This document shows, piece after piece, positions 48,279 to 60,609 of a stretch of DNA of 64,000 bases; the stretch's first letter is position 1; the number at the start of each line of letters is the position of its first letter. The DNA lies in contig CAVXFS010000004.1 in assembly GCA_963761115.1 (NCBI GenBank), positions 372,023 to 436,022 of the forward strand, in the 5' to 3' direction. This DNA comes from an uncultured beta proteobacterium (GTDB lineage Bacteria; Pseudomonadota; Gammaproteobacteria; Burkholderiales; Gallionellaceae). The notes beneath the pieces are model-generated. The model was not told the DNA's origin and did not search any database. It saw only the letters and a program-made list of their open reading frames with translations. The position numbers and the translations under genes are program-made.

Positions 48279-49157
48279 ATGTCCATACAGTGGTTCCCGG
48301 GGCACATGGCTTCGGCGCGCAAGAAGGTGACCGAGACCATGGCGCGCATAGATGTCGTGGTCGAGGTGCTGGATGCGCGCCTGCCGGAGGCCAGCTGCAA
48401 TCCGATGATCCGGGAACTGCGCATGGTGCGCCAGCGCCCTTGTCTGAAGGTGCTCAACAAGGCGGATATCGCCGACCCTGCGGCGACCAGGGCGTGGCTC
48501 GATCATTTCAACGCGCAGCAGAATGTCCGCGCCGTCGCCATTTCCTGCAAGAAGCCGGGAGAGGCTGCGGTGGTGCCCAAGCTGTGCCTGGCGCTGGCGC
48601 CGCATCGCGGCACCCGGCTCAAACCCTTGCGCATGATGATCATGGGCATTCCGAATGTCGGCAAGTCGACGCTGATCAACGCGCTGTTGAAACGACGCGT
48701 GGCCAAGGTCGGCGACGAACCTGCCATCACCAAGAGCCAGCAGGATTTCGATTTGAACGAGAGCATGACGCTGATCGACACGCCGGGCCTGATGTGGCCG
48801 AAGATCGAGCATGACAGCGATGGCTACATGCTGGCCGCCAGCCACGCCATCGGCCGTAATGCCGTGATCGACGAAGAGGTCGCCATCTTCCTGGCCGATG
48901 CCTTGCTGGAAAATTATCCGTCGCGGCTTGCCGAGCGTTACGGATTTGACGTATCGGGTATGGATGGTACCGATGTGGTTGCTGCTATTGCCCAGGCAAG
49001 GGGTTATCGGCGCAAGGGCGGTGGCGAGGATCTGGAAAAAGCTGCGTTGGTGTTGCTGCAGGATTATCGCAGCGGCGTGCTTGGGCGTATCAGCCTTGAA
49101 ACACCAGTCAGTCGGCATGATATGCTAGTTGGTGCGAAAGGCGAGCAGATTACATAG
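48279..49157 (+). CDS. rbgA: Ribosome biogenesis GTPase A (YlqF/RbgA, circularly permuted GTPase)
   Basis: The N-terminus is MSIQWFPGHMASARKK. The GTPase motifs appear in permuted order: G4 NKADI comes before G1 GIPNVGKSTLIN, followed by DTPG. Confidence 0.88.
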   Translation: MSIQWFPGHMASARKKVTETMARIDVVVEVLDARLPEASCNPMIRELRMVRQRPCLKVLNKADIADPAATRAWLDHFNAQQNVRAVAISCKKPGEAAVVPKLCLALAPHRGTRLKPLRMMIMGIPNVGKSTLINALLKRRVAKVGDEPAITKSQQDFDLNESMTLIDTPGLMWPKIEHDSDGYMLAASHAIGRNAVIDEEVAIFLADALLENYPSRLAERYGFDVSGMDGTDVVAAIAQARGYRRKGGGEDLEKAALVLLQDYRSGVLGRISLETPVSRHDMLVGAKGEQIT

Positions 49158-49307
49158 CTCAGGATCAGGGCGGTCGCTGATGCCGGAATCCGTACTCCAG
49201 GGTGGCTGGCGAATTTGTCGGTCCTGATGGCAGCTAACTTGATAAGTCACCTGCTTTGCCGGTGGTATCTAACTAGGGATATACTCAAGCCGAAATCTGG
49301 ACATGCC

Positions 49308-51803
49308 ATGTCAACGCAGGAAAAACATCCCGTCACAATCAACTGGAAGGCCGGTGCCGGCACAACTTCCGTCAAGCAATTGTTCATCGACCGGTTGACC
49401 TATACGGTAGGCAAGGATTTCATCACTGCAACGGATCGCGACAGATTTTATACCGCCGCGTTCGTGGCGCGTGACTATATGGCCGAGCGCTGGATGGAGA
49501 CGATGCGCAGTTACTACATCAACGACGCCAAGCGGATCTATTATTTTTCCATGGAATTCCTGATGGGCCGTTCGTTGATGAATAGCCTGCTCAATCTGGG
49601 TGTCGACCAGCTATTCCATCAGGAACTGGCGAAGCTGGGCATCGACCTTGACAGCATACGCGAGCAGGAGCATGACGCCGCGCTGGGGAATGGTGGCCTG
49701 GGCAGGCTGGCCGCCTGTTTCCTGGATTCCATGGCGACACTTGGCCTGCCTGGTTATGGCTACGGCATCCGTTATGAGTATGGAATATTTGCGCAGAGAA
49801 TTGAAAATGGCTGCCAGGTGGAACATCCGGACAACTGGCTGCGTTACGGCAATCCGTGGGAATTCGCCCGTGCCGAAGTGCTGTTCAGGATCCAGTTCCA
49901 CGGGCGCGTAGTGCAGTTTGCCCATGGGCCGGATGCGACACGCTATCACTGGGTGGATACCGACGACGTGATGGCGATGGCATACGACACGCCGATTCCC
50001 GGCTACGATAACGGCACCGTCAACAATATGCGGCTGTGGACGGCGAAGTCGACGCGTGATTTCGATCTGCACTATTTTAACGAGGGAAATTACATTCAGG
50101 CGGTGGCAGACAAGAACGAGTCCGAGAACCTGTCCAAGGTACTGTACCCGGACGATACCACGGTGATGGGGCGCGAGCTGCGCCTCAAGCAGCAATACTT
50201 TTTCGTCTGCGCCTCTTTGCAGGATGTGCTGTTCCGCTACGGTAAATACCACGACAATTTCGATGCATTGCCGGACAAGGTCGCAATCCAGCTGAACGAT
50301 ACCCACCCGTCCATCGCCATCGCAGAACTGATGCGCGTGCTGGTGGACTTGCATCACCTCGACTGGGACAAGGCCTGGGACCTATGCGTACGCACCTTCG
50401 CCTACACCAACCACACGCTGATGCCGGAGGCGCTGGAAACCTGGCCGGTAGCCATGTTCGAGAACATCCTGCCGCGCCACATGCAGATCATTTACGAGAT
50501 AAATCAGCGTTTCCTCAAGGACGTCATGCACCGGTTTCCCGGTGATACCGACATGCTGCGTCGCATGTCGCTGATCGATGAGGAAGGCGGCCGGCGCATC
50601 CGCATGGCACACCTGGCCATCGTCGGAAGCCACAAGGTGAACGGCGTGGCGAAGATCCATACTGAATTGATGAGGCAGACCATCTTCGCCGATTTTGACC
50701 GCATGTATCCTGGCAAGATCGTCAACCTGACCAACGGCATCACGCCGCGTCGCTGGCTTAACCAGGCCAACCCGCGCTTGTCGGCGCTGATCACCTCGCG
50801 CATCGGTAATGGCTGGCTCAAGGATCTGAGCCAGTTGCAGCAACTGATACCGCTGGCTGATGATGCCGGATTCCGTGCGCAATTTGCCGCAGTCAAACGC
50901 GCCAACAAGGAGCGCCTTGCCTTGCTGATAAAAGAGAAGCTGAATATCGAGGTAAATCCGGATTCCCTGTTCGATGTGCAGATCAAGCGCATCCATGAAT
51001 ATAAACGCCAGTTGCTTAACCTGTTGCATGTAGTGACACTATATAACCGCATCCGCTCTGATCCATCCGAGGTGCATATCCCGCGTACGGTGATCTTCGG
51101 CGGCAAGGCGGCGCCAGGCTATGACATGGCCAAGCTGATCATCAAGCTGATCAATGATGTCGCCGATATCGTCAACAACGATCCGCATATGCGTGGTCGG
51201 CTGAAAGTGGTGTTCGTGCCGAATTACGATGTCACGACCGCCGAGGACATCATTCCCGCAGCCGACCTTTCCGAGCAGATCTCCACTGCCGGCACCGAAG
51301 CCTCAGGCACCAGCAACATGAAGCTGGCTCTGAACGGTGCGCTGACCATGGGCACGCGAGACGGCGCCAATGTCGAGATCGGAGAGGAAGTGGGCGAAGA
51401 CAATATCTTCTTTTTTGGCCTGGAGGCGAATGAGGTCGTCAGGATAAAGGCGGCAGGCTATGACCCGGCGGAAATTTGTCGTGGCAATGGAGAACTGTGC
51501 GAATCGCTCGACATGATAGCCGGCGGTTTTTTCTCTGCGGACCAGAAGGAACGATTCAAGCCTGTAGTCGATTCGCTATTGTACCGGGACAATTTCCTGG
51601 TACTGGCGGATTACGCGGCCTTCATCGCGCGCCAACAGGATGTTGAAGAGGCTTACCGGGATCCGGAACTATGGGTGAGGAAGTCGATCCTGAATGTGGC
51701 CAATATGGGGAAATTCTCCAGCGACCATACCATTTCACAATATGCCCGGGAGATCTGGTCGGCAGAGCCGGTGCTGCAACCGGATCAGCATATCAGTTTC
51801 TGA
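49308..51803 (+). CDS. glgP: Glycogen/maltodextrin phosphorylase
   Basis: The ORF is 831 aa from ATG at 49308. Motifs are YYFSMEFLMGR, NGGLGRLAACFLDS and the PLP-Lys motif EASGTSNMKLALNGALT. Confidence 0.93.
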   Translation: MSTQEKHPVTINWKAGAGTTSVKQLFIDRLTYTVGKDFITATDRDRFYTAAFVARDYMAERWMETMRSYYINDAKRIYYFSMEFLMGRSLMNSLLNLGVDQLFHQELAKLGIDLDSIREQEHDAALGNGGLGRLAACFLDSMATLGLPGYGYGIRYEYGIFAQRIENGCQVEHPDNWLRYGNPWEFARAEVLFRIQFHGRVVQFAHGPDATRYHWVDTDDVMAMAYDTPIPGYDNGTVNNMRLWTAKSTRDFDLHYFNEGNYIQAVADKNESENLSKVLYPDDTTVMGRELRLKQQYFFVCASLQDVLFRYGKYHDNFDALPDKVAIQLNDTHPSIAIAELMRVLVDLHHLDWDKAWDLCVRTFAYTNHTLMPEALETWPVAMFENILPRHMQIIYEINQRFLKDVMHRFPGDTDMLRRMSLIDEEGGRRIRMAHLAIVGSHKVNGVAKIHTELMRQTIFADFDRMYPGKIVNLTNGITPRRWLNQANPRLSALITSRIGNGWLKDLSQLQQLIPLADDAGFRAQFAAVKRANKERLALLIKEKLNIEVNPDSLFDVQIKRIHEYKRQLLNLLHVVTLYNRIRSDPSEVHIPRTVIFGGKAAPGYDMAKLIIKLINDVADIVNNDPHMRGRLKVVFVPNYDVTTAEDIIPAADLSEQISTAGTEASGTSNMKLALNGALTMGTRDGANVEIGEEVGEDNIFFFGLEANEVVRIKAAGYDPAEICRGNGELCESLDMIAGGFFSADQKERFKPVVDSLLYRDNFLVLADYAAFIARQQDVEEAYRDPELWVRKSILNVANMGKFSSDHTISQYAREIWSAEPVLQPDQHISF

Positions 51804-51827
51804 CCGTGACCCTGGCCTGAATGCGCG

Positions 51828-52775
51828 TCACTCACTGATACAGTTCCGTCCGGCGACACGAGCACGCTGCACTGCTTCGGTGATCTGTTTGAGCGCCTCA
51901 TCGATCGAACTCTTTTCGTTAATTTCGGCCAGGCCGATGGAAGCTGTTACGCCGGGAAGGGCATCTCCGCTGGGCGTGACGATATGCGCTTCGCGTATCT
52001 GGGCCAGTAACCTGTCTGCAGCCTTGTGGGCTTCGCCCAAAGATGTGCCGGGCAGAAATATGGCGAAGTTCTTGCCCTGGTAACGTGCTGCCTGGTCATT
52101 GGGTCGCAGGCAGTTCAATATGGTCTGTGCAACGGAACGCATGGCCTGGTCTCCGCCCAGGCCTCCGTGTGCTTCATTGTATTGCCTGAAATTGTCGATG
52201 CTCAGCATCATCATCGCGGCCAGCGAATGATTGACCGAGCAGCGATAGATCTGCCGTCCAAAGATCTGGTACATCCACTTGCTGTTATACAGCCCGGTCA
52301 ATTCATCCACATGGTTGAGGCCGATATAGCCCATGTGCTTTTCCGAACCGGCATAATCTTCCTCGTCGACCGGTTTGCGCAATGCCACGATATTGAGCAG
52401 GTTGATCGCAGCCTGGTGCGAACCATTGACCAGTGCCCAGATCGCCGCGTGATCGATCTCGAGCAGCGTGCTGTCGGTATCTGCGACCAGGAAGGCGTAC
52501 GATTTTTCGTCGTCCAGGATGGATAGTTCGCCTATCGATTCGCCCGGGCCGAACATCGCGATGGGTTCGTTGTCCGCGTCGCCGGTATTGACCCGCAGGC
52601 GTCCGGACATGATGATGACCACCTTGTCATGGCTTTCGCCAGGCGACATAAATACCTGTCCGGCTGCAAGATTGAGCTGGCGTGCATTGCCCAGGTGACG
52701 GTCCAGATGTTCATATGCGACACCTGAAAACAACGGCACGTGCTTGAGCAAACTTATGACTTCTTCGGCTTTCAC
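51828..52775 (-). CDS. cNMP-binding domain protein fused to a degenerate GGDEF domain (A-site QGKNF, I-site RPND retained)
   Basis: The N-terminal CAP-type cNMP-binding fold reads LLKHVPLFSGV...GESIGELSILD. In the C-terminal GGDEF fold (DELTGLYNS...LSIDNFRQYNEAHGGLGGD...), the region RPNDQAARYQGKNFAIFLPG aligns to the canonical RxxD-x5-GG[DE]EF. A GTG start at 52775 is proposed. Confidence 0.75.
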   Translation of the reverse strand: MKAEEVISLLKHVPLFSGVAYEHLDRHLGNARQLNLAAGQVFMSPGESHDKVVIIMSGRLRVNTGDADNEPIAMFGPGESIGELSILDDEKSYAFLVADTDSTLLEIDHAAIWALVNGSHQAAINLLNIVALRKPVDEEDYAGSEKHMGYIGLNHVDELTGLYNSKWMYQIFGRQIYRCSVNHSLAAMMMLSIDNFRQYNEAHGGLGGDQAMRSVAQTILNCLRPNDQAARYQGKNFAIFLPGTSLGEAHKAADRLLAQIREAHIVTPSGDALPGVTASIGLAEINEKSSIDEALKQITEAVQRARVAGRNCISE

Positions 52776-52971
52776 GATCAATTCCCCGCTGGTAACGAGT
52801 GACGGGCATCCCGTGCGTGCAACATCCGGCTGGTGTGCGCACGCAGGAATAGTGCCCGGATTATAGCCTGACAGGCCATTTTCACTCCATGAATTTTGCG
52901 GCCCGCCGGATTGCACTTACAATGCCCAATTGCCATGCCCGGCCAGTGTCGGGCTGCCAGGATTATTGCCA

Positions 52972-53584
52972 ATGACCCGAATCAAGATTTGTGGAATCAC
53001 CCGTGTGGAAGATGCCAGGGCCGCAGCGCAAAGCGGCGCGGATGCGCTCGGCATGGTGTTTTATGGCCAGAGCCCGCGTAATGTATCAGCGCAACAGGCC
53101 GCGCAGTTGATGCAGGCGGTACCGCCATTCGTGACGACCGTGGGATTGTTCGTCAATCCTGCGGCAGCCGAGGTGCGTGATGTGCTGAGCCGGGTTGTAC
53201 TGGACGTGTTGCAGTTCCATGGCGAGGAGACCCCCGAGTTTTGCGCGCAATTCAAGCGACCATGGCTCAAGGCGATCCGGGTCAGGCCGGGGGTGGATTT
53301 GCTACAATGCGCGGCCCGTTATGCCGGGGCGCAGGGTTTGTTGCTGGATGCCTACATCGACGGCACGCACGGCGGCACCGGTGCAACGTTCGACTGGGGA
53401 CTGATCCCGCATGACCTGCCGCTGCCGGTGGTGCTGTCCGGCGGTCTGCATGCCGGCAATGTGGCGGAGGCGATCCGGCAGGTGCGGCCCTACGCGGTGG
53501 ATGTGTCCAGCGGCGTGGAAGCAGGCAAGGGAATCAAGGATGCGGACAAGATCGCCGCGTTCATGCAAAAGGTAAAACAGACTG

Positions 53585-53604
<20 letters not shown>
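52972..53604 (+). CDS. trpF: Phosphoribosylanthranilate isomerase
   Basis: The N-terminus is [15 protein letters not shown], with later motifs LQFHGEE and GGLHAGNV. It lies upstream of trpB-trpA. Confidence 0.92.
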
Positions 53605-54777
<1,173 letters not shown>

Positions 54778-54781
<4 letters not shown>

Positions 54782-55575
54782 GCCGCATCCAGACTGCCTT
54801 CGAGAAACTCAAGTTGCACGGGCGCCGCGCGCTGATCCCGTTTGTCACTGCGGGTGATCCCCGTCCCGGGGTCACGGTGCCCTTACTGCATGCGTTGGTG
54901 GCAGCAGGCGCGGACGTGATCGAGTTGGGCGTGCCGTTCTCCGACCCGATGGCGGACGGTCCGACCATCCAGCGCGCGTCGGAGCGCGCGCTGAAACATC
55001 ATGTCGGACTGCGCGACGTGCTCGGCATGGTGGCGGAATTCCGCAAACAGGACAGCACGACACCGGTGGTGCTGATGGGCTACGGCAACCCGATCGAGGC
55101 GATGGGCTGGGAAGCATTCGCCAAACGCTGCGCCGAGGTCGGCGTGGATGGCGTGCTGACCGTGGATTTTCCGCCGGAAGAGAGCCATGAGGCATTCGGC
55201 CACCTGCAGCGGCACGGCATCGACCCGATCTTCCTGCTGGCGCCGACCACCAGCGACGAGCGTATCGAAAGGGTGGCCAAGCAGGCGCGCGGCTATGTCT
55301 ATTATGTCTCGCTCAAGGGCGTGACCGGCGCCGGCAACCTGGACCTGGGCGAGATCGAAAAAAAGATCCCGCAGTTGCGAAAGCATATCGGGTTGCCGAT
55401 AGGCGTCGGCTTCGGCATCCGCGATGCGGACACGGCGCGCGCGGTGTCGCGCCTGTGCGACGGCGTGGTGGTGGGCAGCCGCATCGTGCAGGAGATCGAG
55501 GATTCGGCAGAACAGGACGTGGTCGCCAACGTGAGCAAGCTGGTGCATTCGTTGCGCGTGGCGATAGACCAATAA
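54778..55575 (+). CDS. trpA: Tryptophan synthase alpha chain
   Basis: The GTG start overlaps the trpB TGA (GTGA). Motifs are [27 protein letters not shown] and [10 protein letters not shown]. Confidence 0.95.
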
Positions 55576-55609
55576 TGCAGGTTGGGTCAGATGAAGATGG
55601 AGGTATGAA

Positions 55610-56494
55610 ATGAGCTGGTTCCAGAAACTGTTACCCCCCAAGATCAAGCGTCGCGAGAACATCGACGACAAGAAGAACGTGCCGGAAGGCCTGTGGCACA
55701 AGTGCCCGTCCTGCCAGGCGGTGCTGTATCACTCCGACCTGGAGAAGAATCTCAGCGTCTGCCCCAAGTGCAACTATCATCACCGCATCACCGCGCGCTC
55801 GCGCCTGAACTGGCTGCTGGATGGCGAAGGCCGCTTCGAGATCGGCGCCGAAGTGCTGCCGCTGGACGCGCTGAAATTCAAGGATAGCCGCAAATACAGC
55901 GAACGCCTGAAGGCGGGCAGGAAGGATACCGGCGAGGACGATGCGCTGGTGGTGATGCAGGGCAGCATCCACGGCATCCCGCTGGTGGTCGCCGCATTTG
56001 AATTCAGTTTCATGGGCGGTTCCATGGGGTCGGTGGTGGGCGAGCGATTCGTGCGCGGCGTGCAACTTGCCACCGAATCGAAGATGCCATTCGTCTGCTT
56101 CGCCGCCAGCGGTGGCGCGCGCATGCAGGAAGGCCTGCTGTCGCTGATGCAGATGGCCAAGACCTGCGCCGCCATCACCCAGCTGAGCCTGGCGCGGGTG
56201 CCCTTCATCTCGGTGCTGACCGATCCGACCATGGGTGGCGTTTCCGCCAGCTTTGCCTTCATGGGCGACGTGGTGATAGCCGAGCCCGGCGCGCTGATCG
56301 GCTTTGCCGGCGCGCGCGTGATCGAGCAGACCGTGCGCGAGACGCTGCCGGAAGGTTTCCAGCGCGCCGAGTTCCTGCTCGATCACGGCGCCATAGACAT
56401 GATCGTGGACCGGCGCGAGATGACCAGGCAACTGGCGACATTGCTCACGTTGCTGACAAGACAGCCGGCGGTGGCGGAGATCGAGGCGGCTTGA
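55610..56494 (+). CDS. accD: Acetyl-CoA carboxylase carboxyltransferase subunit beta
   Basis: It has the N-terminal Zn finger [26 protein letters not shown] and the motif [19 protein letters not shown] precedes the ATG. Confidence 0.95.
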   Translation: MSWFQKLLPPKIKRRENIDDKKNVPEGLWHKCPSCQAVLYHSDLEKNLSVCPKCNYHHRITARSRLNWLLDGEGRFEIGAEVLPLDALKFKDSRKYSERLKAGRKDTGEDDALVVMQGSIHGIPLVVAAFEFSFMGGSMGSVVGERFVRGVQLATESKMPFVCFAASGGARMQEGLLSLMQMAKTCAAITQLSLARVPFISVLTDPTMGGVSASFAFMGDVVIAEPGALIGFAGARVIEQTVRETLPEGFQRAEFLLDHGAIDMIVDRREMTRQLATLLTLLTRQPAVAEIEAA

Positions 56495-56497
56495 GGC

Positions 56498-56585
56498 GCA
56501 GGTTGGGCTGAATGAAATGAAGCCCAACATTGGCCTTATTTAGGAATGCGTTATGTTGGGCTTCGCTGCGCTCAACCCAACCTAC
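56498..56585. repeat. Two family-D REP hairpins
   Basis: The two hairpins are GTTGGGCTGAATGAAATGAAGCCCAAC and GTTGGGCTTCGCTGCGCTCAACCCAAC. They lie between accD and folC. Confidence 0.85.
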
Positions 56586-56623
56586 TCAATTTATATGGGC
56601 GTTTTCCCATTGCCCCGCGATCA

Positions 56624-57889
56624 ATGCCTGCTACGCTGGCCGACTGGCTGACCTACCTCGAATCCCTGCACCCCAAGACCATCGCGCTCGGCCTGGAGCG
56701 GGTGGCACAGGTCAGGCAGCAACTCGACCTGAAACCCGGATTTCCCCTTATCGCAGTCGGCGGCACCAACGGCAAGGGCTCGGTGTGCGCGTTGCTGGAA
56801 AGCATGCTGCACGCTGCCGGTTACCGTGTCGGCTGCTACACCTCGCCGCACCTGCTGGACTACAACGAGCGTGTGCGCATTGCAAAGAAACAGGCGAGCG
56901 ATGCAGAGTTGTGTGCTTCATTTGAAGCAATCGAGCTGGCGCGCGGCGATATCCCGCTCACCTATTTCGAGTTCGGCACGCTTGCCGCGATGCAGTGCTT
57001 CATCGCGCACCGGGTGGAGGTCGCGATCCTCGAAGTGGGGCTGGGCGGCAGGCTGGATGCGGTGAATGTGTTCGACGCCGATTGCGCGGTGGTGAGCAGC
57101 GTGGGCATCGACCATACCGAATACCTGGGCGAGACGCGCGAGCAGATCGCGTTCGAGAAGGCGGGGATCTTTCGCCGCGGCAAGGTCGCGCTGTTCGGCG
57201 ATGCGGACATGCCGGCAACCATCGCATCGGAAGCGCAGCGCATCGGCGCGGTGTTGTGGCGATCGGGGCATGAATATTGGAGCGCAGGAGATGGCCAGTG
57301 GGATTTTCACGGGGTTATCGGAACGCGCAATGCCTTGCCATTGCCTGCCTTGCGCGGCGCCTGCCAACTCAACAACGCCAGCACGGCACTGGCGGCACTG
57401 GATGCGCTGAAGGATGAACTGCCGGTGGAGATGCAGGCGGTGCGGCGCGGGCTGGTCGAGGTGGAATTGCCGGGGCGTTTCCAGGTGCTGCCGGGTCGTC
57501 CGCAGATCATTCTGGACGTGGCGCATAATCCGCAGGCGGCGCAGGTGCTGGCACAGAATCTGGCCGGCATGCCGCCTTGTCCGCGTACCATTGCGGTGTT
57601 TGCGATGCTCAAGGACAAGGATGTGGCAGGGGTGGTACGGGCGCTAAAGGGCAGTGTGGATATCTGGCTGGTGGCGGGTATCGACGCAGCGCGCGGGGCG
57701 AGTGCCGGCGACCTGACGGCAGTGTTGCGCGCCGAGGCGGTCGAGGGTGATTCTTTGGCTTTCTCATCCGTGCAACAGGCATTGCTGCATGCCTGCAATA
57801 TGGCGGCCGAAAATGATAGAATCCTGGTCTTCGGTTCATTCTTTACGGTGGCGGATGTCATGCGCGTGCGCGGTTTGCACCTCGCTTGA
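56624..57889 (+). CDS. folC: Bifunctional folylpolyglutamate synthase/dihydrofolate synthase
   Basis: The N-terminus is MPATLADWLTYLESLHPKTIALGL and the P-loop is VGGTNGKGS. The accD-folC linkage matches E. coli. Confidence 0.92.
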   Translation: MPATLADWLTYLESLHPKTIALGLERVAQVRQQLDLKPGFPLIAVGGTNGKGSVCALLESMLHAAGYRVGCYTSPHLLDYNERVRIAKKQASDAELCASFEAIELARGDIPLTYFEFGTLAAMQCFIAHRVEVAILEVGLGGRLDAVNVFDADCAVVSSVGIDHTEYLGETREQIAFEKAGIFRRGKVALFGDADMPATIASEAQRIGAVLWRSGHEYWSAGDGQWDFHGVIGTRNALPLPALRGACQLNNASTALAALDALKDELPVEMQAVRRGLVEVELPGRFQVLPGRPQIILDVAHNPQAAQVLAQNLAGMPPCPRTIAVFAMLKDKDVAGVVRALKGSVDIWLVAGIDAARGASAGDLTAVLRAEAVEGDSLAFSSVQQALLHACNMAAENDRILVFGSFFTVADVMRVRGLHLA

Positions 57890-57906
57890 GGGTCGATAAA
57901 CAGACG

Positions 57907-58545
57907 ATGGCGAAACAGCAGAAGACGGATGATGAAGACAGCCTGAAGCGGCGCGCACGGCGACGCCTGATCGGTGCAGTGGCGCTGACCACGGTGGTCG
58001 TGGTGGTGCTGCCCATGGTGCTGGACAAGGAACCCAGGTCGGTCGACCAGAATATCGAGCTGCGCATTCCCGACAAGGACAAGGTCGGTGAATTCAACCC
58101 CAAAATGGAACCGGTGCCGGCAGAATCGCCCGCTGCCGTTCCGAGAGAACCTGAAGCTGTTGACAATTCTGCTGCCACCCCGGCGCAGCAACAAGCCAAG
58201 CCGGCTAAAACTGAACCAGTAAAACCCGAACCGGTAAAAACTGAAACGGCAAAACCCGCAACCAAGGCAGTCGTCGCCAAGCCTGCCGGGAAGCCGGCTG
58301 GCGAACCTCCCACGGCTGCTGTGCAATCCGGTTTTGTGGTGCAGATCGGCGCGTATGCGAGCGAACAGACTGCCCAGGAAGTCGAGAAAAAGCTGGTCCA
58401 GCAAGACATCAAGGCCTATATCGACAAGGCTGGAAGCATGTCGCGCGTCAGGGTAGGCCCATTCAAGACGCGCGAGGAAGCGGACAAGGTTCATGCCACG
58501 CTGGCACTGCAGGGGCTGAACCCGATCGTGGTGCCGTTGAAGTAG
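57907..58545 (+). CDS. SPOR domain-containing cell-division protein (DedD-like)
   Basis: It has a TM anchor, a Pro/Ala/Lys-rich linker and a C-terminal SPOR fold (GFVVQIGAYASEQTAQEVEKKL...RVRVGPFKTREEADKV). ATG at 57907 is preferred over TTG at 57886. Confidence 0.8.
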   Translation: MAKQQKTDDEDSLKRRARRRLIGAVALTTVVVVVLPMVLDKEPRSVDQNIELRIPDKDKVGEFNPKMEPVPAESPAAVPREPEAVDNSAATPAQQQAKPAKTEPVKPEPVKTETAKPATKAVVAKPAGKPAGEPPTAAVQSGFVVQIGAYASEQTAQEVEKKLVQQDIKAYIDKAGSMSRVRVGPFKTREEADKVHATLALQGLNPIVVPLK

Positions 58546-58549
58546 CGCA

Positions 58550-59038
58550 ATGAGCGGGTTCGATTACGCGGTCATCGCAATTCTGGCATTGTCGGTGATT
58601 TTCGGGTGGTGGCGCGGACTGGTTTACGAGGTATTGTCGCTGGCGGGGTGGGTGGTTGCATTGGTGGTGTCGCGGCTGTTTGCCGAGAAACTGGCGCCGC
58701 TGTTGCCGCTGGCGCAGGAATACTTGAGGTTGACTGTGGCGTATGCGCTGTTGTTCATGTGCACATTGCTTGCCTGCGGCGTGGTGGCGTGGCTGCTGTC
58801 CAGGCTGGTGAAGCTGGTCGGCCTTGGCTGGCTGGACAGCTCGCTGGGAGCGGTATTCGGCGCGTTGCGCGGGGTGCTGGTATTGCTGGTGCTGGTATTG
58901 CTGGCTGGATTGACCGGATTGCCGCATCAGGCATTCTGGCAAAGCGCGGGCTTGAGCAGGCCGATGGAACGCATGGCAGTGCAAGCCAAAGTCTGGTTGC
59001 CGGATAACGTGGCACAGAAAATTCATTATCAGAACTGA
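58550..59038 (+). CDS. cvpA: Colicin V production protein CvpA
   Basis: It is a four-TM small membrane protein ([31 protein letters not shown]...). It sits between the dedD-like gene and purF, as in E. coli. Confidence 0.85.
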   Translation: MSGFDYAVIAILALSVIFGWWRGLVYEVLSLAGWVVALVVSRLFAEKLAPLLPLAQEYLRLTVAYALLFMCTLLACGVVAWLLSRLVKLVGLGWLDSSLGAVFGALRGVLVLLVLVLLAGLTGLPHQAFWQSAGLSRPMERMAVQAKVWLPDNVAQKIHYQN

Positions 59039-59055
59039 CATCACTGGAAATATAT

Positions 59056-60573
59056 ATGTGCGGCATTCTTGGTGTTGTAGCGCAAACTCCCGTCAACCAG
59101 TTGCTGTATGACGGCCTGCAGGTATTGCAGCATCGCGGGCAGGATGCTGCGGGGATTGCCACGATCCATGATAATACCTTCCACCTGCACAAGGGCAACG
59201 GGCTGGTGCGCGACGTGTTCCGCACCCGGCACATGCGCTCGCTGCAGGGCAACGCCGGCATTGCCCATGTGCGCTACCCGACGGCAGGCTCGGCCATCGA
59301 CCACAACGAAGCGCAACCGTTCTATGTCAATTCTCCATTCGGCATCGTGCTCGGCCATAACGGCAACCTGACCAACACGGCGCAGTTGCAGCAGGAACTG
59401 TTCCTGGATGACCGGCGCCACGTCAACACCAATTCCGATTCAGAAGTCCTGCTCAATGTGCTGGCGCACGAATTGCAGGATGAATGCAAGCTGCCGCGCC
59501 TCAATCCCAAGTCCATCTTTTCCGCAGTCGCCGGCGTGCATGAGCGTTGCCGCGGGGCCTATGCGGTGGTGGCGATGATCGCCGGTTATGGACTGCTGGC
59601 TTTTCGCGATGTCCATGGCATCCGGCCGCTGGTGATCGGCGGCCATGAGACCGAACAGGGGATCGATTACCTGATCGCGTCGGAAAGCGTCGCGCTGGAT
59701 ACGCTGGGTTACAAACTGATCCGCGATGTCGCGCCCGGCGAAGCCGTGTTCATCGACTTCGAGGGCAATTTCCATAGCCAGCAATGCGCGCCGCAGGCAT
59801 CGCTCAACCCGTGCATCTTCGAATATGTCTATCTGGCCAGGCCCGATTCGGTGATCGACGGCATCTCGGTATACGAGACGCGTCTGAACATGGGTGAATT
59901 CCTGGCAGAAAAGATCAGGCGCGAATGGCAGCAGCACGATATAGACGTGGTGATCCCGATACCGGACTCCAGTCGCCCCAGTGCGCTGCAGTTGGCCTAT
60001 CACCTGAACATCCCGTTCCGCGAGGGCTTCGTCAAGAACCGCTACATCGGCCGCACTTTCATCATGCCGGGGCAGGCGATGCGCAAGAAGTCGGTGCGCC
60101 AGAAGCTGAATGCGATCAGCGTGGAATTCCGGGGCAAGAACGTGCTGCTGGTGGACGATTCCATCGTGCGCGGCACCACCAGCAGCGAGATCGTGCAGAT
60201 GGCGCGCGAGGCCGGCGCGAACAAGGTCTACTTCGCTTCCGCCGCACCGCCGGTGCGCTTCCCCAACGTGTACGGCATCGACATGCCGTCGCGCAGCGAA
60301 CTGATCGCCACCGGGCGCGATGATGAGGAGATCTGCCGCGAGATCGGCGCCGACCGGCTTATCTACCAGGATATCGAGGACCTCAAGGCGGCCGTGCAAA
60401 AGGCCAACCCGTCGATACGAAATTTTGATGCGTCCTGCTTTGACGGCAAGTACATCACCGGCGATGTTACCGCCGAGTTTCTCGACCTGGTCGAGGCGGC
60501 GCGCGGCAACGGCAAGGCCAACACGAATGACGACATCAACCAGCTCGACCTCAACCTGGCAGTCAGCGATTAA
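59056..60573 (+). CDS. purF: Amidophosphoribosyltransferase
   Basis: The N-terminal nucleophile is MCGILGV. Further motifs are HNGNLTN and the PRPP loop [14 protein letters not shown]. Confidence 0.96.
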   Translation: MCGILGVVAQTPVNQLLYDGLQVLQHRGQDAAGIATIHDNTFHLHKGNGLVRDVFRTRHMRSLQGNAGIAHVRYPTAGSAIDHNEAQPFYVNSPFGIVLGHNGNLTNTAQLQQELFLDDRRHVNTNSDSEVLLNVLAHELQDECKLPRLNPKSIFSAVAGVHERCRGAYAVVAMIAGYGLLAFRDVHGIRPLVIGGHETEQGIDYLIASESVALDTLGYKLIRDVAPGEAVFIDFEGNFHSQQCAPQASLNPCIFEYVYLARPDSVIDGISVYETRLNMGEFLAEKIRREWQQHDIDVVIPIPDSSRPSALQLAYHLNIPFREGFVKNRYIGRTFIMPGQAMRKKSVRQKLNAISVEFRGKNVLLVDDSIVRGTTSSEIVQMAREAGANKVYFASAAPPVRFPNVYGIDMPSRSELIATGRDDEEICREIGADRLIYQDIEDLKAAVQKANPSIRNFDASCFDGKYITGDVTAEFLDLVEAARGNGKANTNDDINQLDLNLAVSD

Positions 60574-60609
60574 TGATACCGGCATACCAGTGTCAGCGCG
60601 GATGTGAAC

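Noticed and set aside
52896-52923. A candidate trpF promoter (TTGCGG-16 nt-TACAAT).
   Set aside because: The -35 match is poor. It is plausible but not supportable from sequence alone.
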